A stretch of DNA of 64,000 bases from Nostoc sp. (GTDB taxonomy: Bacteria > Cyanobacteriota > Cyanobacteriia > Cyanobacteriales > Nostocaceae). Location of the stretch: positions 187,614-251,613 of the forward strand of contig JBALDB010000051.1 in NCBI GenBank assembly GCA_036918135.1. Direction: 5' to 3'. Of this stretch, positions 11,091 through 22,378 are shown one piece after another. The position numbers and the translations under genes are program-made. Position 1 is the first letter of the stretch. Each line of letters starts with the position of its first letter. The notes beneath the pieces were generated by a model. It saw only the letters and a program-made list of their open reading frames with translations. It was not told where the DNA came from and made no database searches.

Positions 11091-12062
11091 ATGTCACAGC
11101 ATAATTCCGTTACTATAACTGACGTGCTAGCAGCACAAGAGCGCATTTTAGGAATTGCCCACCGCACACCTGTGCTAACTTCTAGAATCGTTAACGATCG
11201 CACTAATAGCCAAGTGTTTTTTAAGTGCGAAAATTTTCAACGAACTGGTTCGTTTAAATTTCGAGGTGCATACAATGCCTTAGCGCAACTATCGCTAGTA
11301 CAAAAACAAACAGGCGTTCTCACTTATTCATCGGGAAATCATGCCCAAGCGATCGCCTTAGCTGGACAACTACTAAATATTCCCACTACCATTGTCATGC
11401 CTGATGATGCACCCACTGTCAAACAAACTGCAACTCGCAGTTACGGTGCAGAGGTGATTTTGTACAATCGCCAAACAACAAACCGGGAAGAATTAGCCCA
11501 AAATTTAGCAAAGGATAGGAATCTCACACTGATTCCGCCATACGATCATCCCCATGTAGTTGCAGGACAAGGTACAGCAGCTTTAGAACTGATTCAAGAA
11601 GTTGGTCAATTGGACTTACTATTAGTTTGTTGTGGCGGTGGTGGATTACTTTCCGGTTGTGCGATCGCCACCAAAGCACTTTTACCCGATTGTAAAGTCA
11701 TCGGCATAGAACCAGCACTTGCCGACGATGCCACCCGCTCGTTTTACAGCAAAACCCTGCAAACTGTCAAAAATCCCAATACCATAGCTGATGGTGCCCG
11801 GACTCCTAGCCTTGGTGAAATTACTTTTCCTTTGGTGCTGCGTTACGTCGATGAGATGGTGACGGTATCTGAAGAAGCGATTCTTCGCAGCATGTTTTTT
11901 TTATGGGAACGTCTGAAAATTGTAGTAGAACCCACAGGAGTATTAGCTGCGGCCGCCTTACTCGAAGGTGTGGTAACAGCACCGCAAACAAAGATTGGTG
12001 CGATCGTCAGCGGTGGGAATGTAGATTTAACCCAAATTGGTAAATTGTTTTCTCAATATTGA
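11091..12062 (+). CDS. PLP-dependent threonine/serine dehydratase (serine racemase / hydroxyaspartate ammonia-lyase type)
   Basis: KCENFQRTGSFKFRGA, SSGNHAQ, GGGGLLSG, SGGNVD; no regulatory domain. Confidence 0.88.
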   Translation: MSQHNSVTITDVLAAQERILGIAHRTPVLTSRIVNDRTNSQVFFKCENFQRTGSFKFRGAYNALAQLSLVQKQTGVLTYSSGNHAQAIALAGQLLNIPTTIVMPDDAPTVKQTATRSYGAEVILYNRQTTNREELAQNLAKDRNLTLIPPYDHPHVVAGQGTAALELIQEVGQLDLLLVCCGGGGLLSGCAIATKALLPDCKVIGIEPALADDATRSFYSKTLQTVKNPNTIADGARTPSLGEITFPLVLRYVDEMVTVSEEAILRSMFFLWERLKIVVEPTGVLAAAALLEGVVTAPQTKIGAIVSGGNVDLTQIGKLFSQY

Positions 12063-12155
12063 TGAATACAATAATATAAAGTAAATCAAGAGTTTTTACC
12101 AAAATTATTTACATATGTTAACATTATGTCCTAAATTTAGGTGCAATTACTCATT

Positions 12156-13475
12156 ATGACCCTGACCAAGGCCGATCTCAAGGATTCAGAGCAAGTGACT
12201 CGGTTATTTTCTCACCTTGAATTTAATGAAAATAAGCTCAATCATCAACCAGGTAGTGTATTAGGGAGTACGGCGCTGATTGCAGGAACCACAGTCGGAG
12301 CCGGGATTCTTGCCCTACCTGCGGTCACTCTACCGTCAGGGATTTTACCATCCACATTTGGGTTGATTGCTGTTTGGCTCTACGCTTTAGTTTCAGGTTT
12401 ATTGATTGCAGAGGTGACTCTAAGTGCCATGCGTCTACAAGGGCGTGCGAGTATAGGTCTGTTGGGAGTTATTGAGAACACCCTGGGAAAGTCGGGAGCG
12501 CAAGTTGCTAGCGGTGCATATTTATTTATGCACTATGCTCTATTGGTAGCATATATTACTCAAGGTGGGGAAATTTTAGGCTCGGCGATCGCTAAACTTT
12601 GGGGTGTGCAGAACTCATTACCTGTATGGGTAGGCACAACAACCTTTACGCTCATCTTTGGCGGTATTATGTATGTCGGGCGAGAAAAGTTTATTGAAAA
12701 ATTAAACAGCGCCTTTGTAGGAATTGTGCTTGTTTCCTTCTTGGGACTATTATTGCTGGCTGGAGGACAAGTTAAGAGTAGCCAATTCTTAATTCAGGAC
12801 TGGAGTGCGCTTGGTAGTGCGGTTTCAGTTATGTGTGTAGCACTGTTTTATCAAAACGTTGTGCCGGTGGTTGTCACCCAACTCGAAGGAGATGTCCGCA
12901 AAATTCGTCAGTCCATCTTCATCGGTTCATTGATTCCCTTAATCATGTTCTTGGCGTGGAATGCTGTAATTTTAGCAAGCTTCAGTCCTGATATGGTACA
13001 CAGCACATCTGGCGGTAAAACTGTTTTTGACCCACTGCAAATTTTGCGAGCTGGCGGTGCAGGACAATGGTTAGGAGTGCTAGTATCGGTTTTTTCAGAG
13101 TTTGCGATCGCCACATCATTCATTGGATTTGTCTACGGTCTACTGGATATATTCAAAGATATTTTTCTAATTGCACAGAGCAAAGTTTCTACTCGCTTAC
13201 CTCTGTATTCACTGGTTCTTTTTCCTCCTATGACTCTTGGTACGCTCAATCCCAACATTTTCTTTAGTGCCCTAGATTATACTGGAACATTCAGCATCTC
13301 AGTTTTAGGTGGAATTCTTCCAGCATTAATGACTTGGAAGCAACGTCAAGAGCAAAAAAACTCGAATAGCACAAATCCACCACTCGTTCCTGGTGGGAAG
13401 GTGACACTGATTGTGATGATTATAGTGGCGTTAGTTCTAATGGTCAGACAAATTCTTTCAATTCACACAAATTAA
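12156..13475 (+). CDS. Aromatic amino acid permease (TyrP/Mtr family)
   Basis: LIAGTTVGAGILALP and AIATSFIG motifs, about 11 TM helices. ATG 12156 chosen over GTG 12141. Confidence 0.85.
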   Translation: MTLTKADLKDSEQVTRLFSHLEFNENKLNHQPGSVLGSTALIAGTTVGAGILALPAVTLPSGILPSTFGLIAVWLYALVSGLLIAEVTLSAMRLQGRASIGLLGVIENTLGKSGAQVASGAYLFMHYALLVAYITQGGEILGSAIAKLWGVQNSLPVWVGTTTFTLIFGGIMYVGREKFIEKLNSAFVGIVLVSFLGLLLLAGGQVKSSQFLIQDWSALGSAVSVMCVALFYQNVVPVVVTQLEGDVRKIRQSIFIGSLIPLIMFLAWNAVILASFSPDMVHSTSGGKTVFDPLQILRAGGAGQWLGVLVSVFSEFAIATSFIGFVYGLLDIFKDIFLIAQSKVSTRLPLYSLVLFPPMTLGTLNPNIFFSALDYTGTFSISVLGGILPALMTWKQRQEQKNSNSTNPPLVPGGKVTLIVMIIVALVLMVRQILSIHTN

Positions 13476-13547
13476 AACTATTAATCAAAATTATAGTGTA
13501 ATATGTTAAGCAGAAATATGTAACATAATATATTACAGATAAATCAG

Positions 13548-14093
13548 ATGAGTGATTCTCGGTCGATCAAAATCAGCAAATATCTCAGTAAATATCTGCG
13601 ACACACACCAGATGCAATTGGAATTGAACTTGCTCCTGGTGGTTGGGTAGCTGTTGATAAACTACTTACCGCTTGCGCTAAAAATAAATTTCCCATTAGC
13701 CGTCAGGAATTACAGTTAGTAGTTGAATCTAGCGATAAACAACGCTTTTCTTTTGATTCTACAGGTACTTTAATTCGTGCTAACCAAGGACACAGTACAG
13801 AAGTTGATTTACAATTACAACCTATTGCTCCTCCAGACCAGCTTTATCATGGTACGGGACACAAATCTGTAGAGTCAATTCTAGAAACAGGACTTCGGAA
13901 AATGTCACGTCACCATGTGCATTTATCTCAGGATATTACTACAGCACAAATTGTCGGTGCCAGACATGGAAAACCAGTAGTTTTTCTTGTAGATGCTGCG
14001 GCAATGCATCAGGCGGGTTATATCTTTTATTGTTCTGAGAATGCTGTTTGGTTGGTGGACGGTGTACCACCGGAATATCTCCATAAAATTTGA
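13548..14093 (+). CDS. kptA: RNA 2'-phosphotransferase (Tpt1/KptA)
   Basis: SKYLSKYLRH, DKQRF, IRANQGHS, YHGT, RHHVHLS. Confidence 0.92.
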   Translation: MSDSRSIKISKYLSKYLRHTPDAIGIELAPGGWVAVDKLLTACAKNKFPISRQELQLVVESSDKQRFSFDSTGTLIRANQGHSTEVDLQLQPIAPPDQLYHGTGHKSVESILETGLRKMSRHHVHLSQDITTAQIVGARHGKPVVFLVDAAAMHQAGYIFYCSENAVWLVDGVPPEYLHKI

Positions 14094-14269
14094 ATTTTTA
14101 AAGCTGATTCAATTATAAAACTGCTATTTTTTTACTCACCTTCGACTCAAAATATTTCGATATTTTATTTAGCATGAATCAAAAAAAAATATAATTGTAT
14201 TTTTTTAAAATTCACTTTGATAGTTAGCGATCGCATATGATTAGCCACCAATAAATATTTTTTATATTG

Positions 14270-14447
14270 TATAATGTCCGGTAAATCACTTATAATATCA
14301 TGTCACGCTAAATACTAGTGATTACGTTTGTCTTTGATGTTACTGTAAGGCACATAGCAATAGCAAAGTGAAGTAATCCCAGAGTCATAATGATTGCTTT
14401 GTTCCATTTGCAATGGCATATTGTAAGTGATTAAGCGGATTGATATA
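14270..14447. mobile_element. MITE-like element, copy 1
   Basis: Left end TATAATGTCCGGTAAATCACTTATAAT; reverse complement of right end TATATCAATCCGCTTAATCACTTACAAT. Related to 15575-15761. Confidence 0.55.
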
Positions 14448-14560
14448 ATATGTCTTAAGCAAGTGAAACATCATACTATAATATATAGATTTAAGTGGTT
14501 ATAACTGTTGACTGTGCTTCGCTACACTAATTGATTCTAAATTCTCCATTGTTCAACACC

Positions 14561-14604
14561 TATATCTTACGGTAGAAGGAAAACAGTATTGTAATTCCTA
14601 AGCT
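14561..14604 (+). promoter_or_regulatory. Palindromic TCWAYC-N4-GRTWGA-type site 22 bp upstream of a TAAGCT -10 box
   Basis: TATATC-TTAC-GGTAGA at 14561-14576 and TAAGCT at 14599-14604. The same layout occurs at 62783 and 63817. Confidence 0.5.
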
Positions 14605-14634
14605 AGTTATTAACTTTTCTCAGGAATTAAATTT

Positions 14635-14910
14635 ATGCTGAACATAATTGCTTGGATAATTCTAGGCTTAATTGCTGGAGCTATAGCAAAAGCTATTTAT
14701 CCCGGTCGTCAAGGTGGTGGTATTGTTGCAACTATGGTATTAGGTATTGTAGGTGCTGTAATTGGCGGAATATTAGTTACTCTTTTGGAAACAGGTAGAT
14801 TTCAATTAGCTGCTGCATCCCTCAGCATTCCGGGTATAATTGTTGCTGTGATTGGTGCAATCATTGCTATTTTTATATGGAATTTAGTAGCTGGACGTGC
14901 TAGTTATTAG
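14635..14910 (+). CDS. GlsB/YeaQ/YmgE family stress-response membrane protein
   Basis: IIAWIILGLIAGAIAK...GIVGAVIGG; small three-helix membrane protein. Confidence 0.88.
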   Translation: MLNIIAWIILGLIAGAIAKAIYPGRQGGGIVATMVLGIVGAVIGGILVTLLETGRFQLAAASLSIPGIIVAVIGAIIAIFIWNLVAGRASY

Positions 14911-15068
14911 TTAAATCAAATTGTTAGAAAAATTATGCTTGGAGCTAAGTTGTTAATAAATTTTGTTTACAGAAAAAACTCCACTTGAGAAAATTAGTGG
15001 AGTAATTGGTGTGAGATTGAATGTAATGAATCATTACTAAAATTACGAGTTAGATTGCATAAGCTAAA

Positions 15069-15251
15069 CTAGCTTAAGGTTTTCTTTATTTCATCTTTAA
15101 TGTTTTCTACAACATGAATAGATTGGGCTTCGGCTTGCTTTGCTTTTCCTTCAACTTTATCTTCGGGATTACCAGTAACTTCACCCACAACCTCTTGAAT
15201 TTTTCCTTCAATGTTTTTTGCAGTAGCTTCGATTCTTTTTTCGGCACTCAT
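15069..15251 (-). CDS. CsbD family general stress protein
   Basis: EGKIQEVVGEVTGN...EGKAKQAE pattern, 60 aa. Confidence 0.88.
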   Translation of the reverse strand: MSAEKRIEATAKNIEGKIQEVVGEVTGNPEDKVEGKAKQAEAQSIHVVENIKDEIKKTLS

Positions 15252-15574
15252 GGTTTTGTCTCCGGCTTGTAGTTAGTAGAACTATTACTAAATGTAGTAA
15301 TAATGTATTGTTAGTTAGTTCCATCAAGGGAGATAAAATTTATAAAAATTATAGTATCTTAAGATAGATATTGTATGGTGTAATAGAATATAATATTAAA
15401 AATCAAAGCTTTATAAAAAAATTTATCTATTTTGTAGAAGAAGTCATAATTTAATCAGCAGGTATATACGTAGGGGGTACATTTGTACCTTCCTACAGTG
15501 TATTTTATATATGGTAAAGATTTTGAAAGGATTCAAATGGCACTTTAGTTAACTCTGTTAACATAGAGCAAGTG

Positions 15575-15761
15575 ATATCATGTCAGGTTGAATACTTATG
15601 ATATCTTTGAGGGTAGGTAATGGGTAACGCTTCGGCTGCGCTCAGGGCAAGTGAGTAATGGGTAATCGTCAGTTATTTATTCCCTTTTTCCCAATTAGCT
15701 TTTTCCCAATCCCCAATTACCAACACGAACTATATTGTAAGTAATTAGCCGAACTTGATAT
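15575..15761. mobile_element. MITE-like element, copy 2
   Basis: Left end ATATCATGTCAGGTTGAATACTTATGATAT; reverse complement of right end ATATCAAGTTCGGCTAATTACTTACAATAT. Internal GGTAATG heptamers. Confidence 0.55.
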
Positions 15762-15848
15762 GAGTGGCTTGCCAAACTTAGAATATATGTATGCAGGAAT
15801 TATTGTTTTAAATTGAAAATATTATCTAAATAAAAGGAAAGTTAAGGA

Positions 15849-16736
15849 GTGGTAAAAAAACGTCAGAAAAATGTCTGGTGGAGTGAGATTAATGACATTA
15901 TTCGGGGTGCTTGCGGAGGTTTTTTATTTGGCATACCTTTACTGTATACAATGGAGGTTTGGTGGATTGGATCGCTGGCAAAACCACAACTGATGATGAT
16001 GGCGATCGCACTGATGTTTATTGTAGTTTTCTTGCTCAATTTAACAGAAGGTTTTCGCAAACGCAGATATACTTCCCAAGCTCGTCAAGCTGCAATGGAT
16101 ACCGTAGAAGCAATGGCAATCGGAATAGCTTGCTCTGCCTTTGTGCTGTTACTATTGCGAGAATTAACATTAGAAACTTCCCTTAGAGAATCTTTAGGTA
16201 AAATTATCTTTGAAAGTGTACCCTTCACTCTTGGTGTAGCATTAGCCAAACAGTTTTTGGGAGATACTAGAAACGGTAATGGAGAGGAGCAAACAGCACT
16301 CCAGGATACTAGTGCAAGCAAGAACAACCAGAATCAGTTAAACGCCACCCTTAGCGATATTGGGGGAACTCTAATTGGTGCAACCATAATTGCATTTAAT
16401 ATCGCCCCAACAGATGAAGTTACGATGTTAGCAGCCGCAGCCTCACCACCTTGGGAATTGGCAATCATCGCTGCATCTTTATTGATTTCTTATGGTATTG
16501 TATTTCAGGCTGGCTTTTCTGACCAGCGAAAGCGCAGAGAACAAAAAGGAATTTTCCAAAGACCATCCAGCGAAACCATCATGTCCTATTTAGTGTCACT
16601 ATTAGCAGGCACTTTTATGCTGTGGTTCTTTCAAAAATTGACTTTGAGCGATCCCTGGACAATGTGGTTAGATCGTAGTTTAGTGTTAGGTTTACCAGCA
16701 ACTATTGGTGGTGCAGCTGGCAGGTTAGCAATATGA
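15849..16736 (+). CDS. TIGR02587 / DUF2391 family membrane protein
   Basis: RGACGGFLFGIPLLYTMEVWWIG, NIAPTDEV, C-terminal GGAAGRLAI. Confidence 0.85.
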   Translation: MVKKRQKNVWWSEINDIIRGACGGFLFGIPLLYTMEVWWIGSLAKPQLMMMAIALMFIVVFLLNLTEGFRKRRYTSQARQAAMDTVEAMAIGIACSAFVLLLLRELTLETSLRESLGKIIFESVPFTLGVALAKQFLGDTRNGNGEEQTALQDTSASKNNQNQLNATLSDIGGTLIGATIIAFNIAPTDEVTMLAAAASPPWELAIIAASLLISYGIVFQAGFSDQRKRREQKGIFQRPSSETIMSYLVSLLAGTFMLWFFQKLTLSDPWTMWLDRSLVLGLPATIGGAAGRLAI

Positions 16737-17125
16737 CTAACCCAGAAGCAAAACGTTCTCTTGCTGAGTGGGTGACATTCAGCATCGCCTCTTTTATCCT
16801 AGCGATCGTTGTGAGTTTGGTAGGTTACACTTGGCTGAACGAAAAAAATCAACCTCCGATTATTTCTGTTACCAAAAAAGAAACAATTCGGGAAATTAAT
16901 GGACAATTTTATGTACCTTTTAAAGTTGTCAATACTGGAGGAGACACAGCCGAGTCAGTTCAAATTATGGCTGAGTTACTAATTGACGGCAAAGTTGCAG
17001 AATCAGGAGAGCAACAAATCGATTTTTTATCTAGTGGTGAAAGTGAAGAAGGTGCATTTGTATTCAACCAAAATCCCCGCCAAGGTAAGTTAAATCTGCG
17101 TATTGCTAGCTATAAATTGCCATAA
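16733..17125 (+). CDS. TIGR02588 family protein
   Basis: AEWVTF plus one TM helix, NTGGDTAESVQI; overlaps the upstream gene by 4 bp (ATGA). Confidence 0.8.
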   Translation: MTNPEAKRSLAEWVTFSIASFILAIVVSLVGYTWLNEKNQPPIISVTKKETIREINGQFYVPFKVVNTGGDTAESVQIMAELLIDGKVAESGEQQIDFLSSGESEEGAFVFNQNPRQGKLNLRIASYKLP

Positions 17126-17187
17126 TCTCATTAGTCATTAGTCATAGGTGATTAGCAAACGACAAATGACTAATGACGATTGCTGGC

Positions 17188-17955
17188 TTAAACTTTTACT
17201 TTAGCTTTTGACCAGACGCCATTTTCATCTTCATCATATTGCTCGTGAACAGCTTGCCAAGCAGCCTGCTCTGCGCTAGACTCGTCACTATTTTCATTGA
17301 GTACAGCGTTATAGCGCTCAATGAATGTACGCTGAGCTTCACTAGAAAGATGAGTGCGAACTTCAGGAGATAAGTCTTCTGGGCTGTTGCATACCCCTGC
17401 ACAAGGACGAGCCAGCGTTTTTTCAATTACCTGAATTTCTTCGCCACCAGCACTTTCAAGGAGTAATTGAAATTCTCCGGTGCGATCGCCTGGAACTTCT
17501 GCCATCAATAAAAACTCACCAGCTTGTAAGCGGGTTTGGTAGATAGCCGCTTTATCTTCTGGCATTCCTAAAGTAGTTAGAACCGATACTAAACCCGCAC
17601 CTGCACTACCTGCGATCGCTCCACTAGCAGCTCCTAGCAACACTGCACCAATCGGGCCTGCTGCCACAATTGAACCAACAAAAGGAATAAATAGTACGCC
17701 TACACCTGTGAGCAAGCTGAGAAAGGAACCAAACAAGGAACCAAAAACTGCTCCTGTTCTCAAACCTCCCAGAATCACATCTTTTTTACTAATAAATCCA
17801 GAAATTCGAGTTTCCGATTGGAAGTTTCTACCCATAACAGAAATATGATCTCTAGGCACACTTCTGTCTAATAAACGTCTAATAACATCATCTATTTGCT
17901 TCTGTTCTTTGAATACAGCAGAAATAGTACGTTCTGCTTTATACACCTCTGGCAT
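17188..17955 (-). CDS. General-stress membrane protein with C-terminal ChaB domain
   Basis: Gly/Ala-rich hydrophobic hairpin, then ChaB-like [10 protein letters not shown]...AQRTF...AAWQAV...W. Confidence 0.7.
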   Translation of the reverse strand: MPEVYKAERTISAVFKEQKQIDDVIRRLLDRSVPRDHISVMGRNFQSETRISGFISKKDVILGGLRTGAVFGSLFGSFLSLLTGVGVLFIPFVGSIVAAGPIGAVLLGAASGAIAGSAGAGLVSVLTTLGMPEDKAAIYQTRLQAGEFLLMAEVPGDRTGEFQLLLESAGGEEIQVIEKTLARPCAGVCNSPEDLSPEVRTHLSSEAQRTFIERYNAVLNENSDESSAEQAAWQAVHEQYDEDENGVWSKAKVKV

Positions 17956-18030
17956 TTGAATACTCCTCTTTTATGCTGTTTTTACTGGGAACATAGTCAA
18001 GACATACGCAGGCAAATAGATGTTATTACA

Positions 18031-18065
18031 CTAGTTGAGGGAGGAATAAATCCTCCCTCAACTAG
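18031..18065 (-). terminator. 15-bp stem-loop downstream of dps
   Basis: CTAGTTGAGGGAGGA-ATAAA-TCCTCCCTCAACTAG. Confidence 0.6.
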
Positions 18066-18106
18066 CTACCTAAATTGCCTTGCTTGACTCAGAAATCGTG
18101 GAGTGG

Positions 18107-18646
18107 CTATACACCTACAGGAGTCTTAGCTTGTGCTACCGACTGTCTACCATCTGAGTCTATTGGTTGTCCTTCAATAAATGAACGCAGCATCCAAGCG
18201 ATTTCCTCGTGCTGTTCCATCAATCCAGTCAAAAAGTCAGAAGTTCCTTGATCGTGAAACTCTTCAGCAGTACGATCCACATGGTCTCTAAAATTGCGAA
18301 TTACCTGCTCGTGATCTTCGACTAAATTTGATACCATTCCCGTTGCAGTGGGAACATCACCAGCATGTTCTTTAAGGCTAGCAATCTTAAGAAATCCTTC
18401 CATTGTGCCAACTGGATAACCACCCAAAGCACGAACCCGCTCTGCTAAAGCATCAATATTTAAAGTCAGTTTTTGGTAGTGTTCTTCCCAAAGCTGGTGC
18501 AAAGAACGAAACTGAGGGCCGACTACATCCCAATGGTACTTTTTGGTCTTTACTAACAGTAGATACGCATCTGCCAAATCTTGATTCAACAGATTAATCA
18601 CACCTTGACGTTGTTCTTGTGTCAAACCAATGTTTATCGGACGCAT
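18107..18646 (-). CDS. dps: Dps family DNA-protecting ferritin-like protein
   Basis: HWDVVGPQFRSLHQLWEE, DALAERVRALGG, WMLRS. Confidence 0.92.
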   Translation of the reverse strand: MRPINIGLTQEQRQGVINLLNQDLADAYLLLVKTKKYHWDVVGPQFRSLHQLWEEHYQKLTLNIDALAERVRALGGYPVGTMEGFLKIASLKEHAGDVPTATGMVSNLVEDHEQVIRNFRDHVDRTAEEFHDQGTSDFLTGLMEQHEEIAWMLRSFIEGQPIDSDGRQSVAQAKTPVGV

Positions 18647-19024
18647 TGTTTTCCATTCCTAAGCAAACTTATTTAATAACATCTCAAATTTTGCACATAA
18701 TCCACATCAACCAAAGGAAGCATTGTGAGTAGAAATTATTTAGCAGATTAATAATTCTACCTATGCCTTAATAGGTAGGTATTTTGATGAAGTACAATAT
18801 AATAATCATATTTAATTTTTTGAGAAAATTAAATATATTTTAATCTTTCATCACTCTATTGTCAGACTGGCTTTTGCCTTTTACCTGCTTATATAGGTAA
18901 GTTCATCAATCAAAATGAACTGCTATAGTACTTAGTTAGTTTGATGGAATTTTTGCTCAGTTATAATAACAAAATAATTTATATTATTTTTAATTAAATT
19001 TATTTGTTTGTGATTGCCAATTAT

Positions 19025-19058
19025 TAATGGGTGATTACGTAAATGTAATCACCCATTA
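19025..19058 (-). terminator. 14-bp stem-loop downstream of the 19095-19451 gene
   Basis: TAATGGGTGATTAC...GTAATCACCCATTA. Confidence 0.55.
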
Positions 19059-19094
19059 CTACTGAAAAATTATTAAAGATAAGTATTAACTCTG

Positions 19095-19451
19095 TTACTT
19101 ACCTGTAACTTTATCCAACGCACTCTTCAACTTTTCTTCTATTGTGACTGCACTCTGTGAATTTTCAGGACTCTTTTGCTTCTCAATGTCAGCAGCTCCT
19201 TGAACTTCATTGAGTCCTTCGTTTGACTTCCTTTCAACCTCTTCGAGTCCAGCAGGTGGTTTTTTAGCGGCTTCGTCTGTTCTGCGCTGAATATCAAGTA
19301 GTTGTGTTTCTCCTTCAGTATTCTTACTTTGGTAGCTATCGATCGCAAAAGCAGGAAAAGCACTAGATAACAATAGTAACGCACAAGTAAAAGCGACAAC
19401 TAGAAAACGTACTGGACGCAAAATAGATAAAACAGGAGCAATAACTTTCAT
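19095..19451 (-). CDS. Exported hydrophilic stress-associated protein, cyanobacterial GLNEVQG family
   Basis: Signal peptide ending PAFA, charged hydrophilic body, GLNEVQGAAD motif. ATG 19451 preferred. Confidence 0.6.
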   Translation of the reverse strand: MKVIAPVLSILRPVRFLVVAFTCALLLLSSAFPAFAIDSYQSKNTEGETQLLDIQRRTDEAAKKPPAGLEEVERKSNEGLNEVQGAADIEKQKSPENSQSAVTIEEKLKSALDKVTGK

Positions 19452-19937
19452 CGTGAAATCCTCGATAACAGCGTTAACAACGCAAAACATTATATTTGAT
19501 CGGCAGAGCTGATGATTCTATTTGGTAAATTTTATTTGGCAAACTTTACCAATAAAACTAGCAAGCTACACTTGAATCTTAAACTTGTAGAAAAATTAAC
19601 CTGAAGAAATTGCCTTTAGTATTTGTGTATTAACTCACGAATGGTTACTGGGCAAATACTGTTGGTGAGTTCTTCATTCAATGTTTACTGACTTATTTTT
19701 ACTTTTAAGACTCAAAGGTATACATCAATCTGTAGAATGAAGTTGTTGTTATCTCCAGTTATAAAAAAAATCAATCTCTAGGTATATCGACTTAATTGAG
19801 TGTGTTGCAAACAAGCTAGAATAAGGACAATGCCTTAGAATTTTAACTTATTTGTTTAGATACGGAGTAAGGAAGAAGCCTTTTGAGTTGTACCTAGCAA
19901 AAGCAAAAATCAAATACGAGTATTATACCTCTTTTAC

Positions 19938-21416
19938 CTAAGGTATTGATGCACGAACAGCCTTCAAGGCATCGTAAAGTAGCTTGTAGCGCGCAAACCC
20001 TGCTTTATACAAAATATTTGCCTGCGGTTGTACGACATTACTATCCTGCGGTAAAATCTTGAATGCAGTTTCTAAATTTGGGTAAACACCAATCCCCACC
20101 ATTGCCAAAATAGCTGCTCCGTAAGCGGCTCCTTCTTCGGCTTTGGGAGCTATGAGTTTTGTTTGCAAAACATCTGCTAAAATTTGTAACCAGATGTGAG
20201 AACGTGCGCCTCCACCCGTTGCTAAGAGTTGATCGATGGGAGCGATCGCACTAATTACCTCCAATGCTGACCGCAAACTAAATGCAACCCCCTCCAAAAC
20301 AGCACGAGTGATATCTGCTGGCGTATGAGCTAATGACAGATTTACTAATGCACCGCGAGTATCTGGATCGAGGTGGGGACTGCGTTCTCCTGAAAGGTGG
20401 GGCAGAAATAGAACACCACGCGCACCAGGCTGCGATCGCTCTGCCATATCCATCAACTCGGTGTAAGATATATGCGGTGCAAATGTATCTCGATACCAAC
20501 GCAGAGAACCACCTGCCGCCAGCGTTACTCCCAGTAGATGATAGCCCCCATCCACATGACAGAACAAATGCACCTGACCTTCTGGATCGGGAATTGGGCG
20601 ATTGCACGGTGCAAAGATAACTCCTGATGTGCCAATACTCAAACTACCCCGGTTGAGGTTACTTGATGAAATGCCCAAACCGATGGCTGCTGCTGCATTG
20701 TCACCTCCGCCTGCGACCACAGGTAATCCCACAGGTAATCCCACATGGGTGGCTATTTCTGGTTTGAGTCGTCCAGCGATCGCGGTAGATTTGATTACTG
20801 GGGGAAACAACGCCGGGTTAATATCAAGAGCATGGAGAATATCTGTATCCCATTGCTGATTTGCTAAATTCAGACAGCCGACACCAGACGCATCAGATGG
20901 TTCTGTAAATATTTCGCCAGTTAGCACATATCCCAGATAATCTTTAGGCAAAAGAATCTGCCATAACCGAGTGTATGCTTGTGGTTCTTCAGTCCGCAAC
21001 CATAGAAGCTTCGGCAGTTGAAAGCCAGTAATTGCTGGATTTCCAGTGCGCTGGATTAATTCCTGACGGGGAATAGTCGCCTCAATTTCAGCAACAGCCT
21101 TACCCGTGCGTTGGTCATTCCACAAAATTGCTGGTCTAATAGCTTTGCCTTGGGCATCAAGAGGAACCATACCATGCATTTGTCCAGACAAACCGAGGGC
21201 AATTGCTCGGTGTCCGTCTAGTTGTTGAGTAATATCGAAGAGAGCATCCAAACTGGCTTCGACCCAATCCGATGAGTTCTGTTCCGTCCAACCAGGTTGT
21301 GGAGTTAACAGGGGATAGCTTCTGGTTGCTTGAGCGATAATTTGCCCTTGCAGATCGACTGCGATCGCTCTTACTCCTCCTGTACCCAAGTCTAAACCAA
21401 CTACGATATCAGTCAA
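19938..21416 (-). CDS. xylB: Xylulokinase (FGGY family)
   Basis: GLDLGT, GQMHG, ILWNDQR, GGGDN, SIGTSG, GGGARS. Confidence 0.88.
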   Translation of the reverse strand: MTDIVVGLDLGTGGVRAIAVDLQGQIIAQATRSYPLLTPQPGWTEQNSSDWVEASLDALFDITQQLDGHRAIALGLSGQMHGMVPLDAQGKAIRPAILWNDQRTGKAVAEIEATIPRQELIQRTGNPAITGFQLPKLLWLRTEEPQAYTRLWQILLPKDYLGYVLTGEIFTEPSDASGVGCLNLANQQWDTDILHALDINPALFPPVIKSTAIAGRLKPEIATHVGLPVGLPVVAGGGDNAAAAIGLGISSSNLNRGSLSIGTSGVIFAPCNRPIPDPEGQVHLFCHVDGGYHLLGVTLAAGGSLRWYRDTFAPHISYTELMDMAERSQPGARGVLFLPHLSGERSPHLDPDTRGALVNLSLAHTPADITRAVLEGVAFSLRSALEVISAIAPIDQLLATGGGARSHIWLQILADVLQTKLIAPKAEEGAAYGAAILAMVGIGVYPNLETAFKILPQDSNVVQPQANILYKAGFARYKLLYDALKAVRASIP

Positions 21417-21427
21417 TTTTGTCCCTC

Positions 21428-22177
21428 CTATTCCTGTTGCGTTGGTCGGATCAAAATTTCATTCACATTGACATGAGGCGGTTGGGTAACGGCATAAGCG
21501 ATCGCCCGTGCAATATCTTCCGGTTGCAGTGGAGTGACGGCTTTGAACCGGGCTTCGAGCGCTTGTTTTGCAGCCGGATCGGTGATGTTGTCGATAAATT
21601 CGGTGGCAACCATACCGGGTTCAATAATGGTGACGCGAATATTGTCTTTATGAACTTCCTGCCGCAGAGCTTCTGAAATCGCATTTACGCCCCATTTGGT
21701 GGCGCTGTACACACCCATGCCTGGCCGTGTAACCCGTCCGGCAACGGATGAAAGATTGACTACATGGCCAACGCCCTGTGCTTTGAAGATAGGCAAAACC
21801 GCATGAGTCGCATACAACAATCCCAAAACGTTCAGGTCAAACTGTCGCCGCCACTCTGCAGGATCGCTATCCTCAATCGTTCCCAATCCTCCAATGCCTG
21901 CATTATTCACAAGAATATCGATTCGTCCCAAAGTTGTATTGACCTTTTGCACCAGATCGTTAACTTGGGTTTCATCGCTGACATCTGTGACAATCGGTAA
22001 AGCCTTTCCCCCAACCGCTGCAATTTTTTGTGCAACTTCGTTCAATTGCTCAATTCGACGAGCTGCGATCGCCACCTGTGCGCCTTCTTCTGCAAGAGCG
22101 ATCGCTGTTGCCGCCCCAATTCCTGAAGATGCACCTGTAACAATTGCCACCTTTGCGTCTAATTTACCTGCCATCAT
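21428..22177 (-). CDS. SDR oxidoreductase
   Basis: [17 protein letters not shown]. Confidence 0.9.
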   Translation of the reverse strand: MMAGKLDAKVAIVTGASSGIGAATAIALAEEGAQVAIAARRIEQLNEVAQKIAAVGGKALPIVTDVSDETQVNDLVQKVNTTLGRIDILVNNAGIGGLGTIEDSDPAEWRRQFDLNVLGLLYATHAVLPIFKAQGVGHVVNLSSVAGRVTRPGMGVYSATKWGVNAISEALRQEVHKDNIRVTIIEPGMVATEFIDNITDPAAKQALEARFKAVTPLQPEDIARAIAYAVTQPPHVNVNEILIRPTQQE

Positions 22178-22378
22178 TTCCTCCTGATAATTTCCTGATA
22201 CTTGATGATTGAACTCAATAGTAACTGTAGCCCATCACTACCAGCTTCAACCGAGTACCACTGACCGCGCTTTATTTCAGTAACTTTCCCTCTTTTCTAT
22301 AAGTTTTTGCTTTTGTCAATGCGAAAGTACTAGGCAAAAATAAAACTTCTGCCTGGAAAATTCGCAGCTTTCATCTAG

